Shown piece after piece: positions 1 through 9,002 of a stretch of DNA of 64,000 bases; position 1 is the stretch's first letter, and every line of letters starts with the position of its first letter. Location: NCBI GenBank assembly GCA_002774875.1, contig PCYM01000001.1, positions 118,153 through 182,152 on the forward strand. The letters run 5' to 3'. The notes beneath the pieces were generated by a model. That model did not search any database. It saw nothing but the letters and a program-made list of their open reading frames with translations, and was not told the origin of the DNA. This stretch comes from Candidatus Uhrbacteria bacterium CG10_big_fil_rev_8_21_14_0_10_50_16 (lineage in GTDB: Bacteria; Patescibacteriota; Patescibacteriia; UBA9934; UBA11717). The position numbers and the translations under genes were made by a program.

Positions 1-2
1 AT

Positions 3-152
3 TTAAACATGGTTGCAGATCAGATATTAGACTTTGCAAAGAGACACGGTCTTGCAGAAAATCGTGTTCTTGGTAAATTACTTGTCTATTTACAGCAGCG
101 AGATCCGGATCGATTTAAAGCGATGCAAGAGGCTGGCGTGATACCTGAATAA
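3..152 (+). CDS. 3' end of an unidentified protein, truncated by the window edge
   Basis: Open frame from position 3 to TAA 150-152 (LNMVADQILDFAKRHG...AGVIPE*), ending 4 nt before cfa. Confidence 0.6.
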   Translation, partial: LNMVADQILDFAKRHGLAENRVLGKLLVYLQQRDPDRFKAMQEAGVIPE

Positions 153-156
153 TCGT

Positions 157-1269
157 ATGACCACACAGGAACGTATTCAATCATTGTTGGAGGGAACAGA
201 TATTGTGCTCAACGGAGAGCATCTTTGGGACCCGCAAATTAAACAGGAGGGATTTTATAGGCGCGTGCTCACAAGAGCCAATCTGGGACTTGGAGAGGCG
301 TACATGGATGGTTGGTGGGAGTGCGCGCAGATTGATGAATTTATTGCGCGGTTGATGAGGATTGATATCAGGACACGGCTCAAACGCGATTGGCCAACGG
401 TGGCGATTGCCGTGGCGTCCGTGTTGATGAATCGTCAAACATCTAAACGAGCGTTTACCGTGGGAGAGGTGCATTATGACGCGGGAAATGATTTGTATCA
501 GGACATGTTGGACAAGCGTATGGTGTACACCTGTGGCTATTGGAAGAACGCTCACAATCTAGACGAGGCGCAGGAGGCGAAGTTGGATTTGGTTTGTAAG
601 AAGATTGGACTCAAAGCAGGAGACAAGGTGCTGGATATTGGATGCGGATGGGGAAGTTTTGCTAAGTATGCCGCGGAAACGTATGGCGCACATGTGGTGG
701 GCGTCACGGTTTCCAAAGAGCAGAAAGCGTTGGCAGACAAGCGCTGCGCAGGGTTGCCGGTGGAGATTCGTTTACAGGATTACAGGGAGATCAATGAACC
801 GTTTGACCATATTGTGTCGTTGGGCATGATTGAGCATGTGGGATACAAAAATTATCGAGCCTACATGGAGGTGGCGGCAAAGAATTTAAGGGAGGGTGGA
901 ATGTTTTTGCTGCACACCATCGGGTCGCTCAAGTCGGCCATCTCTACCGACCCGTGGATCGAAAAATATATTTTTCCCAACTCCATGTTGCCAAGTTTGG
1001 CACAGTTAGCAAAGGCGGTGGAGGGATTATTTGTGGTGGAGGACGTGCAGAACTTTGGAGCGGATTATGACAAAACGCTTATGGCGTGGTTTGAAAATTT
1101 CGACGCGGCCTGGCCACACATAAAGGATCAATATGACGAGCGTTTTTACCGTATGTGGAAGTACTATTTGCTCTCTTGCGCAGGGTCGTTTAGGTCACGC
1201 GATAATCAGCTTTGGCAGTTGGTGTTGAGCAAAGGGGGAGTGGAGGGTGTGTATGAGGCGGTGAGGTAG
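157..1269 (+). CDS. cfa: Cyclopropane-fatty-acyl-phospholipid synthase
   Basis: LGLGEAYMDGWW, HYDAGNDLY, YTCGYW, SAM motif VLDIGCGWG, DPWIEKYIFP, RMWKYYLLSCAG. Confidence 0.95.
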   Translation: MTTQERIQSLLEGTDIVLNGEHLWDPQIKQEGFYRRVLTRANLGLGEAYMDGWWECAQIDEFIARLMRIDIRTRLKRDWPTVAIAVASVLMNRQTSKRAFTVGEVHYDAGNDLYQDMLDKRMVYTCGYWKNAHNLDEAQEAKLDLVCKKIGLKAGDKVLDIGCGWGSFAKYAAETYGAHVVGVTVSKEQKALADKRCAGLPVEIRLQDYREINEPFDHIVSLGMIEHVGYKNYRAYMEVAAKNLREGGMFLLHTIGSLKSAISTDPWIEKYIFPNSMLPSLAQLAKAVEGLFVVEDVQNFGADYDKTLMAWFENFDAAWPHIKDQYDERFYRMWKYYLLSCAGSFRSRDNQLWQLVLSKGGVEGVYEAVR

Positions 1270-1329
1270 GGGGATGGGGGAAGGCTGGTGCTTGAATTTT
1301 GGCTAAAAATAGGGAAATAATTGGCATAG

Positions 1330-1363
1330 ACAGAGCGAGGGGTTGACAAACTCCTCGTTTTGT
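1330..1363 (+). terminator. Hairpin downstream of cfa overlapping the next -35 element
   Basis: ACAGAGCGAGGGGTT/AACTCCTCGTTTTGT, 15-bp stem with 3 G-U pairs, loop GACA. Confidence 0.5.
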
Positions 1364-1371
1364 GTTATAAA
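1343..1371 (+). promoter_or_regulatory. Near-consensus sigma70 promoter
   Basis: TTGACA (1343-48), 17-nt spacer, TATAAA (1366-71), with extended -10 TG at 1363-64. Confidence 0.8.
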
Positions 1372-1374
1372 GGG

Positions 1375-1760
1375 TCCATCGCAAATGAGTGAGCCGCTCT
1401 GGCTCCCCGCGATCGACGATGGAAGAGGCACCCCGTTCGCGGGGCGTCTCACGGGGTGTTGGCGCAAGCCAGCACAGCCCAGCTAGTATTTGGAAAAATT
1501 GGAGCAATCCTAACCATTTACTAGTGATACAAAGGAAAGAAAGGAACGCGTCCGTGCTATTGGCGCGTGGGTACCTTTCCTCTGTATGGGCGATTCATAT
1601 GCGACCAATCCCTCCCATCCGATTGGGTGAGGTCGCAACACGGGGGTGTGCCGGAGGCACGCCGGCGCACCCCCTTCTTTCCTCTCACGAGGCAAGCACG
1701 TCTTATGGGGCCTGGCCATGGATTTATCCATCTGCTGGGCCTTGTTTTCGTTTTGTTGTT
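1375..1760 (+). ncRNA. Candidate ~370-nt structured non-coding RNA, family unrecognised
   Basis: Nine consecutive stems, one UUCG and two GCAA tetraloops on the + strand, own promoter, terminal hairpin with U-rich tail, no credible ORF. Confidence 0.65.
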
Positions 1761-1832
1761 GTCTATGAATAAGTGGCTCATTTTTTTACACAATCATTGC
1801 TATTAGAGGAAGATTTTGCTATCGTGCGGCGC

Positions 1833-3113
1833 ATGGAACCAATCAAAATAGATAAAATGGTGTTTGGCGGGCAGGGAATGGGACGCTTGGAGGACGGCCA
1901 CATTGCCTTTGTTTGGAACGCCTTGCCGGGCGAGGAGGTGGAGATGGAAGTGCTAAAAAAGAAACGTGGATTTAGAGAGGGAATCGCCCGATCCATCCTG
2001 ACCGCATCACCTGATCGTATAGACCCAGTAGAACCGGGGTCGTATTTGTCCACCTCTCCGTGGCAAATGATGACGTTTGAAGCAGAACAGCGTTACAAAG
2101 TAGAGATGGCAAAGGAGGCATTGCAAAAACTGGGTCATATTGAGACGGCCACATTGCCGATTGTGGGAGACGAGCAGGCAATGTATGGCTATCGCAATAA
2201 AATGGAATTCTCGTTCTTTACCGAAACACGCGACACACCCATGCAGTTGTGTTTTTATGCACGCGGATCTCATCAAAAAGTGGCGGTGGAGGGAAGCGCG
2301 CTTGCTGAGCCGATTATTAACGAGGTTGCACACAAGGTTCTTGATTGGCTTATTGCACAAGAGGTTAATCGCCTCGATTTAAAAACGCTTATTGTGCGCA
2401 GTGACGGACAAGGCCAGGCCATTGCGGCGTTGTTTGTAAAAGAGGCGTTAGATGTAGATGTCTACCCTGAGCTCAGTGATACCTTTAAGGGATTTCAAAT
2501 CTACTTCTCTAATCCCAAGAGTCCCGCATCGGTACCAACGGACTTGCTATTTTCTTGTGGAGATGATTCGCTCGTTGTCGATTTGAACGGTGTGCAATTG
2601 CAATGCGGACTGTTAAGTTTCTTCCAGGTGAATCAGCCGATTTTTGCTAAGACACTTACAGCTATTCAAGAGTATTTGGGACCCAATCAAGAAATCGTGG
2701 ATGTGTATTCTGGTGTTGGATCGATTGGATTGTGCCTTGCGTCGTCGGCAAAATCGGTCACGCTTGTTGAGAATAATGCCGAGGCGTGTGAGTATACGCG
2801 GCAAAATGTGTCACGAAATAAAATTAAGAACGCAACCGTTGTGGAAGCTGCCGCCGAGCATGTGGTGGAAGAGATCGTGGGAGACCGTGTGATTATTTTA
2901 GATCCGCCACGCGCGGGTGTGCACGGAGACGTGATTGATCGACTGTTGGAGGTGCTTCCACCTAAAATTGTGTACTTGTCTTGTAATATCTCCACGCAAG
3001 CGCGAGACATTCAGCTCCTTTTGGGGTCGTATCGCGTGGTGAGTGGATCTTTGTATAACTATTTCCCTCGTACACCGCATGTGGAGTCACTGATGTTTTT
3101 AGAGCGGATCTAA
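1833..3113 (+). CDS. rlmD: 23S rRNA (uracil-C5)-methyltransferase, RlmD/TrmA family with TRAM domain
   Basis: GGQGMG, ALPGEEV, YRNKMEF, SFFQVN, DVYSGVGSIG, LDPPRAG, YLSCN, FPRTPHVE; ATG 1833 preferred over GTG 1773. Confidence 0.85.
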   Translation: MEPIKIDKMVFGGQGMGRLEDGHIAFVWNALPGEEVEMEVLKKKRGFREGIARSILTASPDRIDPVEPGSYLSTSPWQMMTFEAEQRYKVEMAKEALQKLGHIETATLPIVGDEQAMYGYRNKMEFSFFTETRDTPMQLCFYARGSHQKVAVEGSALAEPIINEVAHKVLDWLIAQEVNRLDLKTLIVRSDGQGQAIAALFVKEALDVDVYPELSDTFKGFQIYFSNPKSPASVPTDLLFSCGDDSLVVDLNGVQLQCGLLSFFQVNQPIFAKTLTAIQEYLGPNQEIVDVYSGVGSIGLCLASSAKSVTLVENNAEACEYTRQNVSRNKIKNATVVEAAAEHVVEEIVGDRVIILDPPRAGVHGDVIDRLLEVLPPKIVYLSCNISTQARDIQLLLGSYRVVSGSLYNYFPRTPHVESLMFLERI

Positions 3114-3145
3114 CCATGCTACAATAACAGCACGTAACCGAATCT

Positions 3146-3892
3146 ATGAAAAAATCAACGTTAAAAAGTTTCTATTTGTGGGGAGGATCATTTGCTGTGT
3201 TGGCGTTACTAGTTTGGGGACTTGTGACCGTGAGCGGAGGGTACAATAGCGGAACGTTTACGGCCGTTCCATTAGATTTGTCTTCTGCCGCGGCATTTGA
3301 GCACACCAAAGGCCCTGAGGATGCGGCGATAACAATCGTGGAGTATTCTGATTTCCAATGTCCGTATTGTAAACAAGCTGTACCAGTGGTGGAGCAAATT
3401 TTGGCAGAATATCCGGATTCGGTTCGACTTATCTATCGTCATTACCCATTGCGACAGGTGCATCAACAAACACAACTCGCAGCAGAGTCGGCAGAAGCGG
3501 CGGGACGACAAGATAAATTTTGGGAGATGCATGATGTCCTCTTTGCAAATCAAGAACAGTGGTCTGGAAACTTGGGTGCCCGCGGGATTTTTGAGTCGTA
3601 TGCAGAAGCGCTTGGGCTAGACGTAGATCTCTTTAAAACAGACCTGCAGGATCGTGCGTTGGCTGAGAAAATTCAAAACGATTACGCAAGTGGTAACGAT
3701 GCAGGTGTACAGGGAACCCCAACGTTCTTTATTAACGGTGTTCAATTAAAGGCTTCGAGCTATTCAGGATTTGTGGCAGCGATTAATGCGGAACTCGCTC
3801 GGCTCGAGGAGGTTGCTGCAGCGACTGTGGATGCGGGTGCAAGCGCTGAAGATCCAGATACCGTAGGCACGGAACCAGTGACCGCGGAATAA
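3146..3892 (+). CDS. dsbA: DsbA-family thiol-disulfide oxidoreductase, membrane anchored
   Basis: N-terminal TM segment, EYSDFQCPYC, YRHYPL, KFWEMHD, GVQGTPTFFING. Confidence 0.9.
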   Translation: MKKSTLKSFYLWGGSFAVLALLVWGLVTVSGGYNSGTFTAVPLDLSSAAAFEHTKGPEDAAITIVEYSDFQCPYCKQAVPVVEQILAEYPDSVRLIYRHYPLRQVHQQTQLAAESAEAAGRQDKFWEMHDVLFANQEQWSGNLGARGIFESYAEALGLDVDLFKTDLQDRALAEKIQNDYASGNDAGVQGTPTFFINGVQLKASSYSGFVAAINAELARLEEVAAATVDAGASAEDPDTVGTEPVTAE

Positions 3893-3893
3893 C

Positions 3894-4331
3894 ATGTCAT
3901 CAAAATTCACAACGTGGATTTCCCGAGGCCTCCTTGTGGTGGGGGCTCTTGGGTTCATGGACGCCACGTACCTCACGTTGAAGCATTACGCGGGGGAGGT
4001 GGTTGGCTGCACCATTACGCAGGGCTGTGAGATTGTGACAACGAGTGTATATTCGCAGTTTTATGGAATCCCAGTGGCGTTGTTCGGCGCACTCTACTAC
4101 TTGACAATCGTTGTATTGATGATTGCGTATTTTGATCGAAAGAACGAGGTATTGCTGCGCATTGGCGCTTGGCTGACGTTTACAGGACTCGTCGCATCCT
4201 TGTATTTTGTGGGTGTTCAGGCCTTTATTTTGCATGCGTGGTGCCAGTACTGTATCGGATCGGCGATCTCGTCGTCCGTATTGTTCTTGCTTGGCATAAC
4301 GTATCTTCTAAAACAAAAATCAACTTCTTAA
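3894..4331 (+). CDS. Vitamin K epoxide reductase (VKOR) family protein, DsbB analogue
   Basis: GCTITQGCEIVTTSVYS, GIPVALFG, WCQYC; adjacent to dsbA. Confidence 0.9.
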   Translation: MSSKFTTWISRGLLVVGALGFMDATYLTLKHYAGEVVGCTITQGCEIVTTSVYSQFYGIPVALFGALYYLTIVVLMIAYFDRKNEVLLRIGAWLTFTGLVASLYFVGVQAFILHAWCQYCIGSAISSSVLFLLGITYLLKQKSTS

Positions 4332-4333
4332 TT

Positions 4334-4504
4334 ATGTTGTGGTATTGGATCCTGGGCGCATTGCTGGTCGTTATCCTTATGCTTGCCGTTGGTGCAGTGA
4401 TGGCCAAAAAAACGGAATCTGTTTTGGTTGGGGAAGTGTGGGCTGTTTTTTCTCTCATTGTGTTTGTGGGCGTGTATTTTTTGATTGGCGCCTTGTTGCG
4501 CTAG
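4334..4504 (+). CDS. Small membrane protein (56 aa, 2 TM)
   Basis: ATG 2 nt after the VKOR stop; MLWYWILGALLVVILML... Confidence 0.6.
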   Translation: MLWYWILGALLVVILMLAVGAVMAKKTESVLVGEVWAVFSLIVFVGVYFLIGALLR

Positions 4505-4575
4505 CTGTCCACAGGGGGATTACAGATACATGGTCGAATTCGCTATACTAGATGCATAAATCTTGTATTTTTTTT

Positions 4576-5634
4576 ATGGCTTATAACATTCCAAGTGGGC
4601 CGATCGGGCAAATGAATTCCGGTGGCGGACCGATGCGTACAAAGAAACAACCAAACATTTTGCAGGCGATTGCAGGTGCATTTATTGGCGTATTGCTCGT
4701 GTTGGGATCACCTGTTGCCATGTGGATGGCGGGGTCACAACATCGCGCCAAGGATTTTCAAGTGGCACAGCAGGTTGATTTGGATACGGTCGCGTCGGGT
4801 TATGTGACGTTCCGTGGTGCTCCGGAGTTGGTCACGAAAACAGCAAAAACTTGTTTTGACAGTGACTGTATCTATGAGCATGAAAGCGTCGAACGACTCG
4901 AGACGAAGCAGAGTTTAGAGTGTTCCAAGGACATTAAACAAGATGAGATGACACGCATCCTCTACCAGGACGGATCGGAATATAACGACGAAACCGGAGA
5001 GACCGTTCCGTGTTACCAGGTGGAACGTGATAGTTGGGTCGTAAAGACGGAGCATGTGATTGCTAACGATGTAATGGTTGGTTCCTTTACTATTACGCCA
5101 AACGAACGTGCAGAATACTTGGAGACCGTAGAGACGATCGATGAAACAGAGTTTGATCTTAACGACAAAGCGATAGCTCGAAGCGTATACACCACATTCC
5201 GTACGCCGGATATGCTTCTTGTTGCGGGTGAGTCGAGTGATGGTCGCGTTGTCATGCCAGAGAAGCGGACGTATGTGTTCTCGCAATATGATCATCCATT
5301 AACTCTGCAGAAACTCCGAGATATTGATAAAGAAAGTCGCATGATCTTGTGGCTCGTTACGTTTGCCATGATCTTTATTGGATATAGTATGATTTTTGGG
5401 CCGATTCAGTCATTGGCGCGTATAGCGCTCCATATTCCAGGGTTGGCACCAGTGGGACGAGCGATTGCACAAGGATCGCGTGCAATGATCGGTGTCCTGT
5501 CGTTTATCCTTGCGGTGGTGACGTGGGCGATTGTGTGGTTCTTTGTGACGATCATTCAGGTTTGGTGGCTGGGATTGATCGTAGTGGTATTACTGGGACT
5601 TCTTGGATGGTGGCTCTCAAAGCGTAAGAAGTAA
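4576..5634 (+). CDS. Membrane protein, TMEM43-like topology
   Basis: One N-terminal TM (AIAGAFIGVLLVLGS), large loop, three C-terminal TMs (MIFIGYSMIFGPI...IPGL); alternative start 4552. Confidence 0.55.
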   Translation: MAYNIPSGPIGQMNSGGGPMRTKKQPNILQAIAGAFIGVLLVLGSPVAMWMAGSQHRAKDFQVAQQVDLDTVASGYVTFRGAPELVTKTAKTCFDSDCIYEHESVERLETKQSLECSKDIKQDEMTRILYQDGSEYNDETGETVPCYQVERDSWVVKTEHVIANDVMVGSFTITPNERAEYLETVETIDETEFDLNDKAIARSVYTTFRTPDMLLVAGESSDGRVVMPEKRTYVFSQYDHPLTLQKLRDIDKESRMILWLVTFAMIFIGYSMIFGPIQSLARIALHIPGLAPVGRAIAQGSRAMIGVLSFILAVVTWAIVWFFVTIIQVWWLGLIVVVLLGLLGWWLSKRKK

Positions 5635-5642
5635 GAAACAAT

Positions 5643-5670
5643 AAAAAACAGCCCATTCGGGCTGTTTTTT
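5643..5670. terminator. Bidirectional intrinsic terminator
   Basis: AAAAAACAGCCC-ATTC-GGGCTGTTTTTT between convergent genes. Confidence 0.85.
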
Positions 5671-6379
5671 ATTTAAAGAGCTGTGTATCGTCGCCGAGGA
5701 GTTTAAACAAGGTAGACTTTTCTTTATTGGAAAGCGGTCGTGCTTGACCTTGTTTAAGGTGACCAAGTTTGATGTTCATGACGCGCGTGCGTTTGAGAGA
5801 GGTAACCTCATTGCCGAGTGTCTCAACCATTTTGCGAATTTGACGATTACGACCCTCAGTAATAACGATTTTAAACGCGTTCTTATTCTGTCGCTCTACC
5901 GTTGCTGCTCGTGTTGGTCGTCCATCGATAGGTACACCTGCGGCAATCTTTTCAAGAAAATCTTTTGTTAGTGGTCGTCGTACGTGAACGAGATATTCTT
6001 TTTCGTGACCTCCGATTGGTTTAAGAATCTTGTTCACAATATCCCCATCGTTTGTAACGAGGAGCAGGCCGGATGAATCTTTATCAAGTCGTCCCACGGC
6101 AAACACGTGCTCATGAAGACCAAGTGCACGAGGAAGATTCTGTGCGACATCATCAGAATGTGTAACCTCTACTCCACGTGGTTTGTGATAGGCGAGATAG
6201 ATTTCATCTGTTTCTGGGTTGACGGGTGCGTTATTCGCAAAGACAATATCGTCCTCTCCAACGTCATCCCCCAAAACAGCGATGCGGTCGTTAATACGAA
6301 TAGAACCAGCCTCTATGAGTCGGTCGGCCTCGCGCCTGGAACAGACGCCGTGATTTGCTAAATACTTATTGATTCGCAT
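5669..6379 (-). CDS. rluF: 23S rRNA pseudouridine synthase, RluF/RsuA family with S4 domain
   Basis: MRINKYL..CSRREADRLI, GRLDKDSSGLLL, TNDGDIVNKIL, HEKEY, EGRNRQIRKM. Confidence 0.85.
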   Translation of the reverse strand: MRINKYLANHGVCSRREADRLIEAGSIRINDRIAVLGDDVGEDDIVFANNAPVNPETDEIYLAYHKPRGVEVTHSDDVAQNLPRALGLHEHVFAVGRLDKDSSGLLLVTNDGDIVNKILKPIGGHEKEYLVHVRRPLTKDFLEKIAAGVPIDGRPTRAATVERQNKNAFKIVITEGRNRQIRKMVETLGNEVTSLKRTRVMNIKLGHLKQGQARPLSNKEKSTLFKLLGDDTQLFK

Positions 6380-6463
6380 AAGGGAAGACCCTACCTGATC
6401 GTGAATGATTTGTCAATGATAGCATGGTTCTCCTATATGCGGGGCGCGTGTTATACTGAGGCT

Positions 6464-7384
6464 ATGTCGTATCAAATTGGAATGGATATTGGTGGTAGTA
6501 AATACCATTTTCGGGCACAAACAGATCGTGGTCGTTTGGTTGATGTGGTCGTCCCTGCAAAAGGTCTTTTAACATCCTTGGAATCAAAAAAACTTGTAGC
6601 GGAAATGGATGCGGGCGTAAAACGACTCATGAGAACACTGAAAACGCGTGAAGTGCCCACGGGGGTCGCGATTGGATTGGCGGGGCTTGATTCATCGGAG
6701 ATGACACGAGTCGTATCTCGTGCGTTGATGCAGAAACGTTGGTGGAAAGATGTAGATCCAAACAAACGTCTATTAGTGAATGATGTGATTATCGGCCTGC
6801 GTGCGGGCACAGACCGTGCTGCCGCGATCGCAATCGTGTCGGGAACGGGGTCCAATGGATATGGAATTGATCCGCGAGGAGACGAAGCATGGGTGTCGGG
6901 CCGTGGGCCACTTATGGCCGATGAAGGAAGCGCGTACGAGATTGGGGTTGCCTGTTTGCGCGCGGTCAGAAAAGCAGAAGACGGGCGAGGTCCTGCAACG
7001 CACCTGCAGGCAATGGTTTTAAAAAAATTTCAGGTGTCATCTACGGCTCAGCTCGTTCCATTGATGCATCAATCAGCATTTGATCGGCAGCATGTTGCCG
7101 AGCTCGCGATTCTCGTAATGGAAGCGTCGTTGAAAGGAGATAAGGTTGCAGAAGCGATAATAGATGTAGCAGCAAACGAGTTGGCTCTGATGGCGAAAAC
7201 GCTTCACAAGCAATTACATTTTGGGGAAGACAAAGTTGATGTTGTGATGGTTGGTGGTTGTATTAATAAGAACGTAGAATTGCGGCGACTGTTTTTGCGC
7301 GCCATGAAAAAAGAATCATGGGCAAATCCGATTCCCTTGCTCGATGACCCTGTGTCGGGTGCGCTTCAACTCCTCCATTTCTAA
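6464..7384 (+). CDS. BadF/BadG/BcrA/BcrD-type kinase (N-acetylglucosamine/MurNAc kinase-like)
   Basis: IGMDIGGSK, GLAGLD, VND, IVSGTGS, GRGPLMADEGSAYEIG, VGG; -10 TGTTATACT directly upstream. Confidence 0.8.
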   Translation: MSYQIGMDIGGSKYHFRAQTDRGRLVDVVVPAKGLLTSLESKKLVAEMDAGVKRLMRTLKTREVPTGVAIGLAGLDSSEMTRVVSRALMQKRWWKDVDPNKRLLVNDVIIGLRAGTDRAAAIAIVSGTGSNGYGIDPRGDEAWVSGRGPLMADEGSAYEIGVACLRAVRKAEDGRGPATHLQAMVLKKFQVSSTAQLVPLMHQSAFDRQHVAELAILVMEASLKGDKVAEAIIDVAANELALMAKTLHKQLHFGEDKVDVVMVGGCINKNVELRRLFLRAMKKESWANPIPLLDDPVSGALQLLHF

Positions 7385-7458
7385 GCCGAGCGATGTCTCG
7401 GTTTTGCGTTTATTAGAGAAATTGGATAAAGTCACCTTACTAACATCAGAAAACGCGT

Positions 7459-8973
7459 ATGAAAACTACGGTCTTACAAGGAGATATTACAACGTCCGAG
7501 GCAAATGTGTTGATCGTGGGACATTTGGAGGATGGTGGAAAGCGATTGGGGGGTGCATTGGAATCGATAGACACCGCGCTCGGCGGAGAAATTTCTGCAG
7601 CGATTACGGCAAAGGAGATAACCGGAAAACTTGCACAGATTTTGCTTGTTCGCACGCATGGTCGGATTCAACCGTCGCACGTGATCGTGGTTGGACTGGG
7701 AACAAAAAAAGAACTGACTGTGGAGCGTGTGCGCCAAGCCATGGGATCGGCTTGGTCTAGGGTCATGCAATTGAATGTCAGTTCTGTGGCGGCTGTGTTG
7801 ATGGGCGCAGGGAAGGGGGAGCAAGAGCCGCGTGCAATCGCACAGGCACTTACGGAGGCGGCACTGCTGACAAATTACAAATTTGATACGTGGAAAAAGA
7901 ACGATGACACTAAAAAGACGATCATTGCCAATTTGACGCTCGTTGAAATCCTGCCAGCTCATTGCAAGCTTGCAGTGCTTGGATGCGCGGACGGAGAGGT
8001 TTTTGCACAGGCGACGATTGTTGCGCGCGACCTTGTGAACGAGGCGCCTTCACACATGGTGCCAATGGAGCTTAAGCGAGCGGCGGAGGCGATCGCAAAA
8101 TCCTGTCCAGAGGTGTCCCTGAAGGTACTTGATCGCGCAGCAGCAAAGAAACGTGGCATGAATGCCTTCCTCGCCGTGGCTGCAGGGTCTACGACGGAAC
8201 CGTATTTCTTGCACCTCACGTATACACCAAACAAACCAACCAAAAAATCTATCGCGCTTGTCGGAAAGGGGATTACGTTTGATTCTGGTGGTTTGTCTCT
8301 CAAGCCTGCCGATGGCATGATGACCATGAAATGTGACATGGCGGGAGCGGCAACCGTACTGGGAATTTTTTCCGCATTAGGAAAGTTACAGCCAACGATG
8401 GTGGTTCACGGGTTGATTGCGGCGTGTGAAAATATGCCATCGGGCTCTGCGTATCGCCCGGGAGATGTCGTGACGGCCATGAACGGGACTACGATTGAAG
8501 TTTTAAATACGGATGCAGAAGGACGGGTCACCCTTGCCGATGCGCTCTCGTATGCCACGGAATTGCGCCCAAATGCGATCATTGATTTGGCAACACTCAC
8601 GGGTGCCTGTGTGGTGGCGTTAGGTGAGGAAATCGTTGGCGTCATGACGGACAATGAGAAGCTTGCAGAACGAGTGCTAGAAGCTTCGTATCAAGCGGGT
8701 GAGGAATTTTGGGAACTTCCCCTGTATCGAGGATACGAAGTACTGATTGAAAGTAAGGTTGCCGATGTTCAAAATATTGGGGTAAACCGATGGGGTGGAG
8801 CTTTGACGGCCGGTCTCTTCCTCAAGAAATTTGTGGACCCTGCCATTCCTTGGATGCACTTGGATATTGCCGGTCCGGCATTTGCTGAGCGTGAATACCT
8901 CTCGTATGTTCCCTATGGAGGGACGGGTGCTGGTGTTCGAACAGTATTGCAGATGCTCAAACAACGGTGGTAA
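7459..8973 (+). CDS. pepA: Leucyl aminopeptidase (M17)
   Basis: VGKGITFDSGG, MKCDMAG, ENMPSG, NTDAEGR, DLATLTGA, WMHLDIAG. Confidence 0.97.
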   Translation: MKTTVLQGDITTSEANVLIVGHLEDGGKRLGGALESIDTALGGEISAAITAKEITGKLAQILLVRTHGRIQPSHVIVVGLGTKKELTVERVRQAMGSAWSRVMQLNVSSVAAVLMGAGKGEQEPRAIAQALTEAALLTNYKFDTWKKNDDTKKTIIANLTLVEILPAHCKLAVLGCADGEVFAQATIVARDLVNEAPSHMVPMELKRAAEAIAKSCPEVSLKVLDRAAAKKRGMNAFLAVAAGSTTEPYFLHLTYTPNKPTKKSIALVGKGITFDSGGLSLKPADGMMTMKCDMAGAATVLGIFSALGKLQPTMVVHGLIAACENMPSGSAYRPGDVVTAMNGTTIEVLNTDAEGRVTLADALSYATELRPNAIIDLATLTGACVVALGEEIVGVMTDNEKLAERVLEASYQAGEEFWELPLYRGYEVLIESKVADVQNIGVNRWGGALTAGLFLKKFVDPAIPWMHLDIAGPAFAEREYLSYVPYGGTGAGVRTVLQMLKQRW

Positions 8974-8978
8974 AGGTT

Positions 8979-9002
8979 AACCCGCGCAATTGCGCGGGTT
9001 TT
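8979..9002. terminator. Intrinsic terminator (perfect palindrome)
   Basis: AACCCGCGC-AATT-GCGCGGGTT(TT) between convergent genes. Confidence 0.8.

Noticed and set aside
1375-1760. Assignment as RNase P RNA, tmRNA or T-box leader
   Set aside because: Only partial look-alikes (AGGAAAG, CGTCTTAT, GCAAATGAG, TGGGTACC); no proper P4 pairing, no T-arm/CCA end, tag-like frame interrupted, downstream gene is not a synthetase
1389-1806. Track ORFs of 127, 79, 78 and 73 aa over the structured intergenic region
   Set aside because: No SD or typical start context, compositions expected from GC-rich stems, no motifs; RNA structure explains the sequence better
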